From positions 1 through 31,765 of the IMG/VR virus record IMGVR_UViG_3300005947_000002: a stretch of DNA of 31,765 nt. One strand, given 5' to 3'. The translations under genes and the position numbers were made by a program. The stretch is from a virus. This document shows, in pieces, positions 1 to 8,812 of this stretch. The notes under the pieces are model-generated. The model searched no databases. It saw nothing but the letters and a program-made list of their open reading frames with translations, and was not told the DNA's origin. How positions within the stretch are numbered: the stretch's first letter is position 1; each line of letters begins with the position of its first letter.

Positions 1-70
1 TCTCATACGCCGTGACCGCACAGTAGAGCGTCGTGGTAATAGTCGTCTTGCAATTGGGCTCACCCTCGAT
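1..70. repeat. Terminal overlap, copy 1 (identical to 31696-31765); implies a circular or circularly permuted genome of 31,695 bp
   Basis: Direct comparison of the window ends: tctcatacgccgtgaccgcacagtagagcgtcgtggtaatagtcgtcttgcaattgggctcaccctcgat occurs at both ends. Confidence 0.95.
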
Positions 71-193
71 ACCTCGCCGGTCCAGCAGATATACCAGGCA
101 GGGCAGGTTGTCGCCAATGGCAGTCCGCGGATAGATATAGAAGACATTGAGCCCCGTTGTGCCGAGGATTGCCGTGACGTCGTTACTCTTCAC
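1..193 (-). CDS. Tail terminator / tail-completion-like protein, 5' part of a gene that wraps the window ends (continues 31695 down to 31562; 108 codons in total)
   Basis: GTG at 193-191 overlaps the TGA of the upstream gp10-like gene (GTGA). The frame stays open across the junction to TAG at 31564-31562. It sits between the head-tail connector genes and the tail tube genes. Confidence 0.55.
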   Translation of the reverse strand, partial: MKSNDVTAILGTTGLNVFYIYPRTAIGDNLPCLVYLLDRRGIEGEPNCKTTITTTLYCAVTAYE

Positions 194-627
194 AGGCACC
201 CCTTCAGCACGCGGATACAGTCGTCGCGCTTATCCTTGAACGCCTGCTCGACCCAACGGTCCGCATGCTGGCCGGACGTGCGGTGAAACTGTCCATCGAT
301 GTCCTTGTAGACCCAGGGGACCTTCTTCGCTTTCGACCCGCCCGGACCTTCCGCATAGATGCCGGTGCCCCAATGGACATACTTCGCGTAGGGCATGCCG
401 ACGTAGACCAGCCCGATGATGCTTGACCCTTCTTGCATAGCGGGCAGGAACTTCGTGCTGGTGGTCAGGTTGTGCGTCCGGTTGGTATAGGCGTGGTTCT
501 CGCGGGCATAGGTGCTGATGGTATCCGTGCACCAGTCGACGGCGATCATCATCTTGGCTCTGATCGCGTCGGTGACCTTCAGGATCTCCGACTGTGGGAT
601 AGTGAAGGTAACGTCAAAGGACGACAT
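190..627 (-). CDS. HK97 gp10-family head-tail/tail-completion protein (145 aa)
   Basis: ATG at 627 is preceded by AAGGAGG. The sequence MSSFDVTFTIPQSE...GMPYAKYVHWGTG...WVEQAF resembles the HK97 gp10 family as I recall it. I rejected the 53-codon upstream extension in the ORF track (Arg/Ser/Thr-rich, overlaps the previous gene). Confidence 0.7.
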   Translation of the reverse strand: MSSFDVTFTIPQSEILKVTDAIRAKMMIAVDWCTDTISTYARENHAYTNRTHNLTTSTKFLPAMQEGSSIIGLVYVGMPYAKYVHWGTGIYAEGPGGSKAKKVPWVYKDIDGQFHRTSGQHADRWVEQAFKDKRDDCIRVLKGCL

Positions 628-943
628 TGAGCTCAACCTCCTTGTGCGTGCCATAGTCACGGACGCGCACGACGTCGTAGGACGTGCCCGCCACGACGAT
701 GCGGTTACCGACGGCCACGACGGTCGCTGGACTCTCGCTTGCCACGTACAGGACATTCGTGACGGTGACACCTGCACCCTCTTCATACCGCGTGAGGCTC
801 ATGCTCGCGGGAAGCAGCGGGCCCTCGCTTACCGCAACGGGCGTCCAGTGCGGCACCTGTCTGCCACCGGCAAGCGTCTCGAACGTCGCGGTCTGCAGCG
901 TGAAGGCCTTGACGTATGAGTCGAAGATGTCCAGATAGCTCAT
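614..943 (-). CDS. Head closure / head-tail adaptor protein (109 aa)
   Basis: ATGA overlap with the upstream gene at 940-943. Size and position between the gp6-like and gp10-like genes fit this role. No strong motif recognised. Confidence 0.55.
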   Translation of the reverse strand: MSYLDIFDSYVKAFTLQTATFETLAGGRQVPHWTPVAVSEGPLLPASMSLTRYEEGAGVTVTNVLYVASESPATVVAVGNRIVVAGTSYDVVRVRDYGTHKEVELNVVL

Positions 944-1266
944 AGGATGGAGATGTCTCCCTCGTCGACTGGCGCGTCGTGATAGAGCGGGATCGTGCCG
1001 CCACGGTTGCGCCTGAGCTCCGCAATGGCCGCCAGGATGCCCTCGGTGCTGTAGCTGATGCCGCCGATCGAACGAGCAACAGGCACCGTGCCAATGAGCG
1101 CCTTCAGGCAGGCGATCGCACAGCCGGTCGTGTCATAGATCGTCACAGCATCTTCGTCAACGGTCGTATAGCCGGCCAGCAAGGTGGTGATCTGCTCGTC
1201 GGTCAGGTTTCCTGAGATGAGCAGCGATGTGGCCTTGACGGCGGCGAGTGCGGTAATCTCACTCAC
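940..1266 (-). CDS. gp6-like head-tail connector protein (108 aa)
   Basis: GTGA overlap at 1263-1266. The N-terminal pattern (ALAAVKATSLLISGNLTDEQITTLL) and its position after the capsid gene are typical of phage gp6-like connectors. Confidence 0.55.
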   Translation of the reverse strand: MSEITALAAVKATSLLISGNLTDEQITTLLAGYTTVDEDAVTIYDTTGCAIACLKALIGTVPVARSIGGISYSTEGILAAIAELRRNRGGTIPLYHDAPVDEGDISIL

Positions 1267-1598
1267 TTCGGGGTCTCCATGAGCAGTTCCTTACACCGCT
1301 GCTTGATCGCAGGGTCACGGTAGAGCGACGCAGCCCACTCGATGTAAGTCCGGTCGGTCTTGATGACTTCCTCGGGGCTCTTACCTGGGTACGACTTGCC
1401 GCCAAAGACGAGAGCAGCAGGAGCTCCGGGTTGAACGTCCGGCTCGGGAGTAGTCGCTACAGTCGGCGCATCCGACAACACGACTACGGTTCCCTTCGCC
1501 TTGCCGTTCGCCGGGTTCTGATCACAGAGGACCTCGTGGCCGTCGCGCGCCAGGGCGTCCCAGCAATCTGTCCCGCAATACTGACACTTCACGTGCAT
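1263..1598 (-). CDS. Hypothetical protein; N-terminal CxxC...C zinc-ribbon-like segment and C-terminal FGGKSYPGKSPEEV...YIEWA (DUF3820-like) segment
   Basis: ATG at 1598 lies 5 nt after GGGAGG. The track start at 1619 is a TTG without an SD. GC3 is high. Confidence 0.6.
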   Translation of the reverse strand: MHVKCQYCGTDCWDALARDGHEVLCDQNPANGKAKGTVVVLSDAPTVATTPEPDVQPGAPAALVFGGKSYPGKSPEEVIKTDRTYIEWAASLYRDPAIKQRCKELLMETPK

Positions 1599-1619
1599 AG
1601 ATACCTCCCATTCAGGCAA

Positions 1620-1637
1620 GGGGGCCCGAAGGCCCCC
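1620..1637 (-). terminator. GC-rich hairpin (GGGGGCC-cgaa-GGCCCCC) just downstream of the major capsid gene
   Basis: Perfect 7-bp stem with a 4-nt loop in the 29-nt gap after the capsid stop. There is no clear U-run, so it may be an attenuator or mRNA stabiliser rather than a full terminator. Confidence 0.5.
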
Positions 1638-1649
1638 TCATTCTCAGAG

Positions 1650-2774
1650 CTAGTCAGAGATGAAGCGCTCCGCCATTTTCGCGTTGAGAACCTTGACGCC
1701 GTACAGGATCTCGAAGAGCATGGTGTCGATGTGATTCGTGGTGTCTCGCTCATAGGTGAGCATCACGTTCAGCCCTTTGTCGAACAGAACCTTGGAAGGG
1801 CAGGCCTGTGAGGGAGCTTCGGGAACCGTGACGAGGGCGATGGCATTCTTGTGGAAGGCCAGGCTCTGTGACTTGCCCGAGCTGACGACGGTCTCGCCGG
1901 TGATGGCCTTCGCTCCGCTGATGGCGATCTGGATGCCAGGGGCGAAGTAGATCACACAACCGGTCGCGGTCTGGGTGGCATCGGCGGTCAGCGTGTAGAC
2001 CTGGGTGTCGCCCGCGATGGTGAATGTGTACCCATGGGGCAGAAGCCCTACGGTCGCGTCGGTGTCGGTGACAGTCATGGTGACTGCGCCGAGAGCAACA
2101 GGAGTGGGCGTCGAAGCGTTGGTCAGTGAACCGACCAGCGTGCCTTCGGTCGCGACCTGCTGCGACCTGCCAATATTGAAGCCCATAGCCTCCTTGAACT
2201 GGCCTCTGGCCACGGCGTCCGTGTTGCCACGAGCTGCCAGGGAGGCGATGGCCTCGATGGACATGTACTTCGCGTAGGACATGGGGTCCATGACAAGGTT
2301 CAGGAGTCCGTCATCCATGGGACACTGGCGGGTCGACAGGTCGGCTGCCAGGAGAGCGAGGTCGGCAAGGCTAGCGGTCGCACTCTGTTCCCGGACGTAG
2401 GGGATGTCGCGGGCGAGTGCCATGAGGTTGGTGTCAACCTTCTCCGCAATGGCGCGGACGGCAGGGATGACGATCTGCTCGTTGAAGTCGTTGATCCTCA
2501 GCGAGGCGTCTTCGGCAGTGTAGGCGACCAGAACACCATCACGGTGGTCGATCTTGAGCGAGATGCTGGATTCGTTTATGCCCTGAACGGACATGCCCGC
2601 CTGAACCGGCTCGGCGGTGAACGTGGCCGGACCCTTCACGGTGATGGTGTCGCCGACCTTGACGAAGTCCTTGCTGAACCCGCGGTGGACAAGGTTGCCC
2701 ATGACCAGAGCGGACTGCAGGTGCGTCAGGAACTCGTTTGCTACAACGGTAGGGGTGATGAACACATTAGGCAT
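1650..2774 (-). CDS. Major capsid protein (HK97 fold, P22-coat-like family; 374 aa)
   Basis: The N-terminus MPNVFITPTVVANEFLTHLQSALVMGNLVHRGFSKDFVKVGDTITVKGP matches the P22-coat-like pattern as I recall it. It follows the scaffold gene. TAGGAGG lies upstream. Confidence 0.8.
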   Translation of the reverse strand: MPNVFITPTVVANEFLTHLQSALVMGNLVHRGFSKDFVKVGDTITVKGPATFTAEPVQAGMSVQGINESSISLKIDHRDGVLVAYTAEDASLRINDFNEQIVIPAVRAIAEKVDTNLMALARDIPYVREQSATASLADLALLAADLSTRQCPMDDGLLNLVMDPMSYAKYMSIEAIASLAARGNTDAVARGQFKEAMGFNIGRSQQVATEGTLVGSLTNASTPTPVALGAVTMTVTDTDATVGLLPHGYTFTIAGDTQVYTLTADATQTATGCVIYFAPGIQIAISGAKAITGETVVSSGKSQSLAFHKNAIALVTVPEAPSQACPSKVLFDKGLNVMLTYERDTTNHIDTMLFEILYGVKVLNAKMAERFISD

Positions 2775-2788
2775 AGTTTAGACGCCTC

Positions 2789-3400
2789 CTAAGCGTCGGG
2801 GTGTGCGATCCTCCACGCGCGGTACTGCTCTGGGGTCATACCGTCGACCTCAGCCGCGGAAGGGTTGGAGATGTTGCCTCCACCGGCTCCCATGCGGTAT
2901 CCGGAACCAGTCTGTGCTACGAGGTAGGGCTTCTCTTTCAGTAATGCATCAACGGCTTCTTTTACGCCGGTCAGTTTGCCGTCTGCTGCGATCGTGACCT
3001 TGGACTTGTCAAACATGGCCACAACTGCATCAGGATCGACAGCCCCGGCAGTATGAGCTGCCGCGAGGACAGCATTGGTGATGGTCGAGTTCTGGTACGC
3101 TGTCTTCAAGTTTGTGATCTCGGCGTCCTTGGTAGCAGCAAGCTCCTTGAACTTGCCTTGCTCTGCCAGGGCCGCTTCGTCGGCGGTCTTCTTATCGGTG
3201 GCGATCTTGTCGAGCTGTGCCTGCTTCTCTGCCTCTCTCTTCTCGGCAGCTATAGCTCTCACATCCATCTCGTGAAAGCGCTCGTAGGGGATCGTCGCCT
3301 CATGCTTGTCTTCGGCACCTGTCTCCGTTTTTACGACCGTCGTCGTGGTGTCGGTTGCTTTCTCTTCGCCTGGTCCAAAGTACCTGTGTGTAAAGTTCAT
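2789..3400 (-). CDS. Scaffolding protein (GP20-like; 203 aa)
   Basis: Charged coiled-coil centre (REAEKQAQLDKIATDKKTADEAALAEQGKFKELAATKD) and a C-terminal ...GVKEAVDALLKEKPYLV motif. It sits directly upstream of the capsid gene. AAGGGAGA SD. Confidence 0.75.
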   Translation of the reverse strand: MNFTHRYFGPGEEKATDTTTTVVKTETGAEDKHEATIPYERFHEMDVRAIAAEKREAEKQAQLDKIATDKKTADEAALAEQGKFKELAATKDAEITNLKTAYQNSTITNAVLAAAHTAGAVDPDAVVAMFDKSKVTIAADGKLTGVKEAVDALLKEKPYLVAQTGSGYRMGAGGGNISNPSAAEVDGMTPEQYRAWRIAHPDA

Positions 3401-3442
3401 ATCTGTCTCCCTTTCCGCCTTAACGCTGGCGAACGCGAAGTC

Positions 3443-3694
3443 TTACGAACGGTTGTTTGCACTGCTTGATCCTTTCAGAACATCGAGTCTTCCTTCGCCC
3501 AGGATGTCGCCGGACCCACATAGCCGGGCCTCTGCGTCGACTGCCCGGTTGCGCCATGCGTTCAAGTCGTCGAGAGCCTTCAGATAGTCCGCCATGGGAA
3601 CGCTGCCCTGTACTGGCGGCAGCAGGCCCTTTGCCTGGTTCTGCTTCGACTTCTCTGCTTGCCGGGCGCGAAAGGCGAGCATCTTCTCGGTCAT
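3443..3694 (-). CDS. Hypothetical protein (83 aa)
   Basis: ATGA overlap with the MuF-like gene at 3691-3694. The track start at 3748 lies inside the upstream gene and was rejected. Confidence 0.5.
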   Translation of the reverse strand: MTEKMLAFRARQAEKSKQNQAKGLLPPVQGSVPMADYLKALDDLNAWRNRAVDAEARLCGSGDILGEGRLDVLKGSSSANNRS

Positions 3695-4494
3695 AGCTGC
3701 TTCAGTGCCGCGATCATCTCGTCGGCCGTCGGCAGCACGTCGTTCCATGAATCGACACAGAACGGGTGATAGGGTGGCAAGTCTGCGCCTTCCTTGTCCA
3801 CGATGATCCGCGTGCCTGGGTCGCCGATAGCCGCACGACAGATCTCACACGTCGGGTCGCCGTCCTCACCACGCACGAGCTCCACCTTTGAGATGAACGG
3901 CATGGCGTCGGTGATGGCCTTGCGGTCGCAGGTCCACGCCGTGTTGACCTCGTTCACGTAGAGTCGCCGCACGTTGAACGCCAGGTTGTCCGTGCCCTTC
4001 TGAGTGAGTGACGCGGCGAGCTTCTCTTCAACCTGCTTGAACGACCAGCCCTCATTGACCGACTGCGTAATTACATCGGTGATGGTATGCTGCGCGCCGT
4101 CGGCATAGTTCCACAGGGCCTTCGAGAGCGAGAACCCTTCCGTCTCGCGCCACTTCTTGACTTCTGCCAGGGCGACTGAATCGAACCCGCCGCCGAGGAT
4201 ATAGCCGAGCGCCTGCTGCCACGGTGCAGGAAGGGCGATAGGATACTGGGCGAGATAGACCTTGTAGCTCTCTGCCTGGTACTTGTCGGCCAGGGCGAGG
4301 GTCTGCCGCACCAGGCTGTCGCACATCCGGACGCCCTGAATGGCAGCCCACGACGTAAGCGCGTCCAGGGCCGTCCGGCCCGTCTTCGTGGTCAGCAGCG
4401 CGCCACCCTGTGCCGCCAGCGCAGAGGCCTGCTCAACGTAGGAATCTACGTAAGCTTGTGTATGCTGCTCTGCGATACGGGCGAGGTCGTTCAT
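3691..4494 (-). CDS. Head morphogenesis / minor capsid protein (SPP1 gp7 / Mu F-like; 267 aa)
   Basis: NEVNTAW...GDPTCEICRA...PPYHPFCVD pattern is typical of the Mu F family. TGATG junction with the portal gene. Confidence 0.8.
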   Translation of the reverse strand: MNDLARIAEQHTQAYVDSYVEQASALAAQGGALLTTKTGRTALDALTSWAAIQGVRMCDSLVRQTLALADKYQAESYKVYLAQYPIALPAPWQQALGYILGGGFDSVALAEVKKWRETEGFSLSKALWNYADGAQHTITDVITQSVNEGWSFKQVEEKLAASLTQKGTDNLAFNVRRLYVNEVNTAWTCDRKAITDAMPFISKVELVRGEDGDPTCEICRAAIGDPGTRIIVDKEGADLPPYHPFCVDSWNDVLPTADEMIAALKQL

Positions 4495-5858
4495 CAGATG
4501 GGCGGCACGATGTTCGGCAGCTTGAAGATGGAGGTCGCGGCAGCCTGTTGCTCGGCCTGCCTTTCAGCGATGATGCTGTCGATCTGCGTCTGGTTCATGC
4601 CCTGCCTGCGCAGGAGCTCAGCCTGCGAGATCGCACCGGCGCTATAGAGTTTCAGGTCGGTATCGATGTTGGATTGCACAAACGGCTCTTCCCACTCGAC
4701 GTGCACCGGCATGATGTTCTGGGTCCGCACTTTCAGGATGAGTTGGAACACCCGCGCCCAGGCAGAACCGAGCGTCGTCTGTGCCTCATAGACCTTGTCG
4801 ATGAGTGGCCCGCTCATTTCCTGCATCGCTACGCCGGAGGGGGCCGCTTTCGGGTCCAGATAACTCATGGGTGTGGCCGTCACACGTGCCAGGTGGTCGA
4901 TGCGCTTGTCCACGGAGTTCCACATGTCGGCCATGTCCTGCGGGGGGATGACGGTCAGACTGGCCTTCTCGTTGTCTAGCATCCACGCGCCCCAAACTTC
5001 CCGGGAGAGGCCATCTGGGTTCTTCTTCAGGAACTCGTCACTGTCGATACCAAAGACCGCCAGCTGCTGCCCGCCGTTGAAGTACGAGCGGATCATCGCG
5101 TCCTGGACCAGGCGGTTGATGTCGTTCTGGATGGGCAGCGCGTTCTCCAGCTCCGAAGTCCCGAAGGCCGATAAGCCGATCTTGTTGCGGAAGTGGACGA
5201 CCGGGATGACGCCGAGGTCGTTCTTGACGATCTCTTCCAGACCGTCGAACGTCCAGCCATGCCAGGCGTTGCCTTCACCGGACACGCTGTACTGCCGCTG
5301 CACGGTCTTGGCGGTCATGGTATCGCGACGAACGACGGGCTTCCCCACGAACATCTTGCCGAGTTCCTCTTCGTTCCACTGATGCACACACCGAATCGGC
5401 TTGAGCTTGTCGGCGGGCGAGTAGGTCATGTCGATGTCCTGAGATGCCAGCACGCGCACAAAGGCATGCCCCGTCTTCTTGCCGAGCTCGTCATATTCCG
5501 GCCAGACGACCATGAAGCCGTCGCCATCGATGCCCGTCGTGCGGTGGATCTCCGTGCTCTGCAGTTCCAGCTGGTTGTACTCGTATTCTTCGGTCAGGAT
5601 CGCCTGATCGGCGCCTGTCCCGCCTGTATAGCTCTTGAGGTCCAGCTTGGCAACCATGGCGTCGACAACCGCCGCGCAGAGGTTGGTCCTGATGCCTAGC
5701 CGGCCGGCGAGTTCCGCCTGAATCTTGAGTGGCAGATAGACCCGATACACGCCCTCATAGGCGTTCTCGTAGAGGGCAAGGCGGGACTTGCCGCGCTGAA
5801 CCGCCAGGGCTTCGCTGCGACTAAACGACTGCTCGATGACGTCGACTGTCTCAAACAT
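4494..5858 (-). CDS. Portal protein (SPP1 gp6-like; 454 aa)
   Basis: Size and position between terL and the MuF-like gene. ATG at 5858 lies 4 nt after GGAGGG. I rejected the upstream 25 codons of the track ORF. Confidence 0.85.
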   Translation of the reverse strand: MFETVDVIEQSFSRSEALAVQRGKSRLALYENAYEGVYRVYLPLKIQAELAGRLGIRTNLCAAVVDAMVAKLDLKSYTGGTGADQAILTEEYEYNQLELQSTEIHRTTGIDGDGFMVVWPEYDELGKKTGHAFVRVLASQDIDMTYSPADKLKPIRCVHQWNEEELGKMFVGKPVVRRDTMTAKTVQRQYSVSGEGNAWHGWTFDGLEEIVKNDLGVIPVVHFRNKIGLSAFGTSELENALPIQNDINRLVQDAMIRSYFNGGQQLAVFGIDSDEFLKKNPDGLSREVWGAWMLDNEKASLTVIPPQDMADMWNSVDKRIDHLARVTATPMSYLDPKAAPSGVAMQEMSGPLIDKVYEAQTTLGSAWARVFQLILKVRTQNIMPVHVEWEEPFVQSNIDTDLKLYSAGAISQAELLRRQGMNQTQIDSIIAERQAEQQAAATSIFKLPNIVPPI

Positions 5859-7434
5859 TCCGCCCTCCATGGCTCTGTCTCTGTGCGTTCGCCTGCGTGA
5901 AGCACCCGTTCCCAGCGTCGTACAGATCGTCATTCGCTCCGACGCCCAGCACGCTCATCTCGTCCAGGAAGGCCTCGTTCCACGGCCCCTCGACGATGCG
6001 GACATTGTCCATCTCGGCAGCAGCCAGGAACGCAGCACCGCGCTCGAACTTGTTGCCTGTCACCTTGTCGCCGTGGAAGTCGTAGCCAGGAAGGACATGG
6101 CGGGCGTAGTTGTCGATGGTATTGACGCCCGATGACCCAGGTTCCTGTTCCATCCAGATTGCCAGGTGCGTCTTTCGCGCCGTTACGTATTCGGTGTCCA
6201 GCTGGGCGCACTGCTTGACCAAGGCCTCGACGTGCATGGGGCTCAGGCGGTCGCGCGTCATGTGCAGGATATAGAACACGCCCTCGAGCATGCCGCCCAG
6301 GCAGGACGCGGTATAGTCCGGGTCCTTGCCAGGCCGCACTTCGGTGGCGGCGAGATCCCAGCGGCGAATGAGCTGCTTGATGCCGGCGGGCGCAGCGGGC
6401 ACGATCTTGAACCACTCGCGCTTCGCCAGGGCCCCTTCACGCGGGACAGGGTTCTGCTGATATTGTGCGGAGTAGCCGTACGAACCAAGACGTTCCTTCG
6501 CGGCAGCCAGTTCGTCGGGGCCTTCGCGTTCCGGCCAGAGCAGATCGCCTTCCTTGCGTTCGACGACCTGGCCACTCAGCGGGAAGATGATGCGCTCGTC
6601 GTGCTCAGCCGTCGTGGGGATGGTCAGGAACGTCCAGTCGTCGTGCTGCCGCGTGGCCTGGATGTGGCCGATCAGGTCCTGCGTATGAAGCCGCTGCATA
6701 ATGACGACAATGGCGTCCTCCTTCTTGTTGTCGAGCCGGTCATAGAAGGAACGGTCGAAGAAGGTGTTGGCGGCGTCGCGGTACGCTTCACTGTCTCCAT
6801 GGACGGCGGCTACCAGATCGTCCGCTACCAGGAAGTTTCCACCGAAGCCAGTCACGTTCGACGCAACGGTCATAGCACGCATGACACCCATGGCCGTGTT
6901 GGAGTATTCCGTTTTGAGGTTGTTGTCGCCCGCCAGCTGGACCTTGTCGCCCCAACGCTCCTGGTACCACTGCGAGCTAAGGATGGCGCGGCGGTCGAGG
7001 GAGTGCTTCGTGCTCAGCGTCTCAGAATGACTCGCGAACAGGAACCGTGCGCCGGGCTTCTGTGCCCAGTGCCAGGTCGGCCACATGATGGACACGAGAG
7101 TGGACTTCATGCAACGTGGCTCGATCTCGATGGCAAGGCGTCTGATCTGGTGCATGCTGACTGCCTGCAGGTGTTCGCAGATATAGCCGATGTGCCAATT
7201 GTCGATATAGTCCGTGCTCGGATTGATGATCGGCCAGGCGCGGGCGACGAACTCGGACAGCGAACGTCCGCAGAGTTCGGCTTCGATCGCCGGGGCATTC
7301 TCGACGAGGAACTTCAGGGCAGCAGAGTTATCCACAGCCGTAAATCGCGGTTTGCGTTCATGGAGCGTACCCTGCGCCCCGCTCTGCAAGCGTGTTTTAT
7401 TTTTCGCAGCGTAAACATTTTGCGTCGGTGTCAT
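5851..7434 (-). CDS. terL: Terminase large subunit (527 aa)
   Basis: ATPase region with PRCMKST (Walker A-like) and FLVADDL (Walker B-like). C-terminal nuclease-like half. Sits between terS and the portal gene. Confidence 0.9.
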   Translation of the reverse strand: MTPTQNVYAAKNKTRLQSGAQGTLHERKPRFTAVDNSAALKFLVENAPAIEAELCGRSLSEFVARAWPIINPSTDYIDNWHIGYICEHLQAVSMHQIRRLAIEIEPRCMKSTLVSIMWPTWHWAQKPGARFLFASHSETLSTKHSLDRRAILSSQWYQERWGDKVQLAGDNNLKTEYSNTAMGVMRAMTVASNVTGFGGNFLVADDLVAAVHGDSEAYRDAANTFFDRSFYDRLDNKKEDAIVVIMQRLHTQDLIGHIQATRQHDDWTFLTIPTTAEHDERIIFPLSGQVVERKEGDLLWPEREGPDELAAAKERLGSYGYSAQYQQNPVPREGALAKREWFKIVPAAPAGIKQLIRRWDLAATEVRPGKDPDYTASCLGGMLEGVFYILHMTRDRLSPMHVEALVKQCAQLDTEYVTARKTHLAIWMEQEPGSSGVNTIDNYARHVLPGYDFHGDKVTGNKFERGAAFLAAAEMDNVRIVEGPWNEAFLDEMSVLGVGANDDLYDAGNGCFTQANAQRQSHGGRNV

Positions 7435-7504
7435 AGCGAGACCTGCAGCCCGCTATCCATGCGGTGTGATTCTGCGGAATACGAACATCGGAACACGAAG
7501 GGCG

Positions 7505-8080
7505 TCACTGTTGCCCCTTGAGTTTTTCGACCAGGGTGAGGGCGGCTTTCAATTCGGTCTCACTGACCTTGGTGAGGTCGGGCTTGCCGGCGTCGACATG
7601 GCCGGACAGGTTCACATCCTGCTTGTCACGCCACGTCTTGGGCTCTCTGTTCTTCAACCAGAAAATACAGGCGGCGACATCCGGCGCAATTTCCACACGG
7701 CATGACACCACGTCGCCATCCTTGGTGACCTTGTCTTCGTAGGCGGTATATCCGCAGGCGCGCTGGTAGAGTGATTTCACAACGTGCGCGTCGGCGCTCT
7801 CTTTCGTGTCGTTTATGGCGGTTGAAAAATCCGGGTAGATACTCTTCCACTTCTTCAGGGTGCTGAGGCTAATTCCCATGGCCGCGGCGATCTGTGGCTC
7901 AGTCTTGCCGGTAATGGCGAGCGACCACGCCCAGCGAGGGTGCAGCTCCTTGTCATAAGGAAGAGACGGACGGCCGCGGCCGCGTTTCTCTTCAGGAGGC
8001 TTCGGGGCTGGCGGCGTATGAATCACAGGCACGTGCAGTGCCTTGTTTGACTTCTTCGGGCTGATCGGGAGCTTAGACAT
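7505..8080 (-). CDS. terS: Terminase small subunit (HTH type; 191 aa)
   Basis: WAWSLAITGKTEPQIAAAMGISLSTLKKWK HTH followed by HVVKSLYQRACGY...AACIFWLKNR, typical of small terminases. AAGGGG SD. Confidence 0.8.
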   Translation of the reverse strand: MSKLPISPKKSNKALHVPVIHTPPAPKPPEEKRGRGRPSLPYDKELHPRWAWSLAITGKTEPQIAAAMGISLSTLKKWKSIYPDFSTAINDTKESADAHVVKSLYQRACGYTAYEDKVTKDGDVVSCRVEIAPDVAACIFWLKNREPKTWRDKQDVNLSGHVDAGKPDLTKVSETELKAALTLVEKLKGQQ

Positions 8081-8234
8081 CGCAAGCCCCTTGCTTCGAC
8101 ATCACGGGACGATAACCGGCCGAACCGTGAGCATCTGTGACAAGGGGCCTGCAGTGGAAGGAGGGCATGTGATGGCACGTAAACCACGCGACATCATATC
8201 AGTGTCTGTGCCGTACCCTCGTTTCATCGTGCTG

Positions 8235-8254
8235 CGACCTCCTAGATCGGTTGT
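8235..8254 (-). promoter_or_regulatory. Start-associated element, copy E (minus strand ACAACCGATCTAGGAGGTCG), upstream of the terS leader
   Basis: Variant of the 21-nt element. It lies 10 nt upstream of an ATG (8227) that opens a 41-codon ORF ending 21 nt before terS. Confidence 0.6.
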
Positions 8255-8287
8255 GCACTCTCATGTTATGGCACTGTGGAAGTTCGG

Positions 8288-8812
8288 TCAACTATGCGCG
8301 ACTGTTACTAATCCTGCAGGGAAGTTCAGATGGACACGGCTGCCGACCATGCCCTTGTTCGCGTACTCGCGGGCGATACGGTCGTGTTCCCTGGCTGCCG
8401 TCTCCGGGTCATTCACGTAGCGGCTGGTGACGACGTGCGTCTTATGTGTCCGGGGATCTGTCGTATTGACCACTGCCCGCCACTTGCCCTTGCCGACGGG
8501 CGCGATGCCAAAGTAGGTATGCCTTGGTGCCAATGGTTGCAGTGGGCGGACGTACTTCGTGTGGACCGAGGACAGGCGTTCGACCCTTGCCAGGACCGTC
8601 CCGTTCCATAAGCGGTACATGTCCCGGATACCATCTGTCGTCTGTAGAATGACCTTGCCCTCCATGATGCGCAGATCGGCGACGACATCCGCAAGTAGGA
8701 GGACGAATCCGAGGGTGGGGCCTGAGACTTCACACAACGTGCATGACGCGCTCAGGATGACGTATCCTCTAGCTGCGAGCGCTGCAGCCACATGCTCTCC
8801 AGTGTTTGTCAT
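8288..8812 (-). CDS. AP2-domain DNA-binding protein (174 aa)
   Basis: HTYFGIAPVGKGKWRAVV...YVNDPETAAREHDRIAREYANKGMVGSRVHLNFP fits the AP2/ERF-type pattern seen in phage and homing-endonuclease-associated proteins. The start codon is uncertain. Confidence 0.7.
   Translation of the reverse strand: MTNTGEHVAAALAARGYVILSASCTLCEVSGPTLGFVLLLADVVADLRIMEGKVILQTTDGIRDMYRLWNGTVLARVERLSSVHTKYVRPLQPLAPRHTYFGIAPVGKGKWRAVVNTTDPRTHKTHVVTSRYVNDPETAAREHDRIAREYANKGMVGSRVHLNFPAGLVTVAHS

Noticed and set aside
6166-7521. 451-aa plus-strand ORF
   Set aside because: It is entirely antisense to the well-supported terL gene. The translation is Arg/Gly/Ala/Val-rich with no motifs and there is no SD. This is typical shadow-frame openness in GC-rich coding DNA. 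The same reasoning applies to 4410-4979, 5193-5699, 19998-20783, 13011-13610 and 30636-31235.
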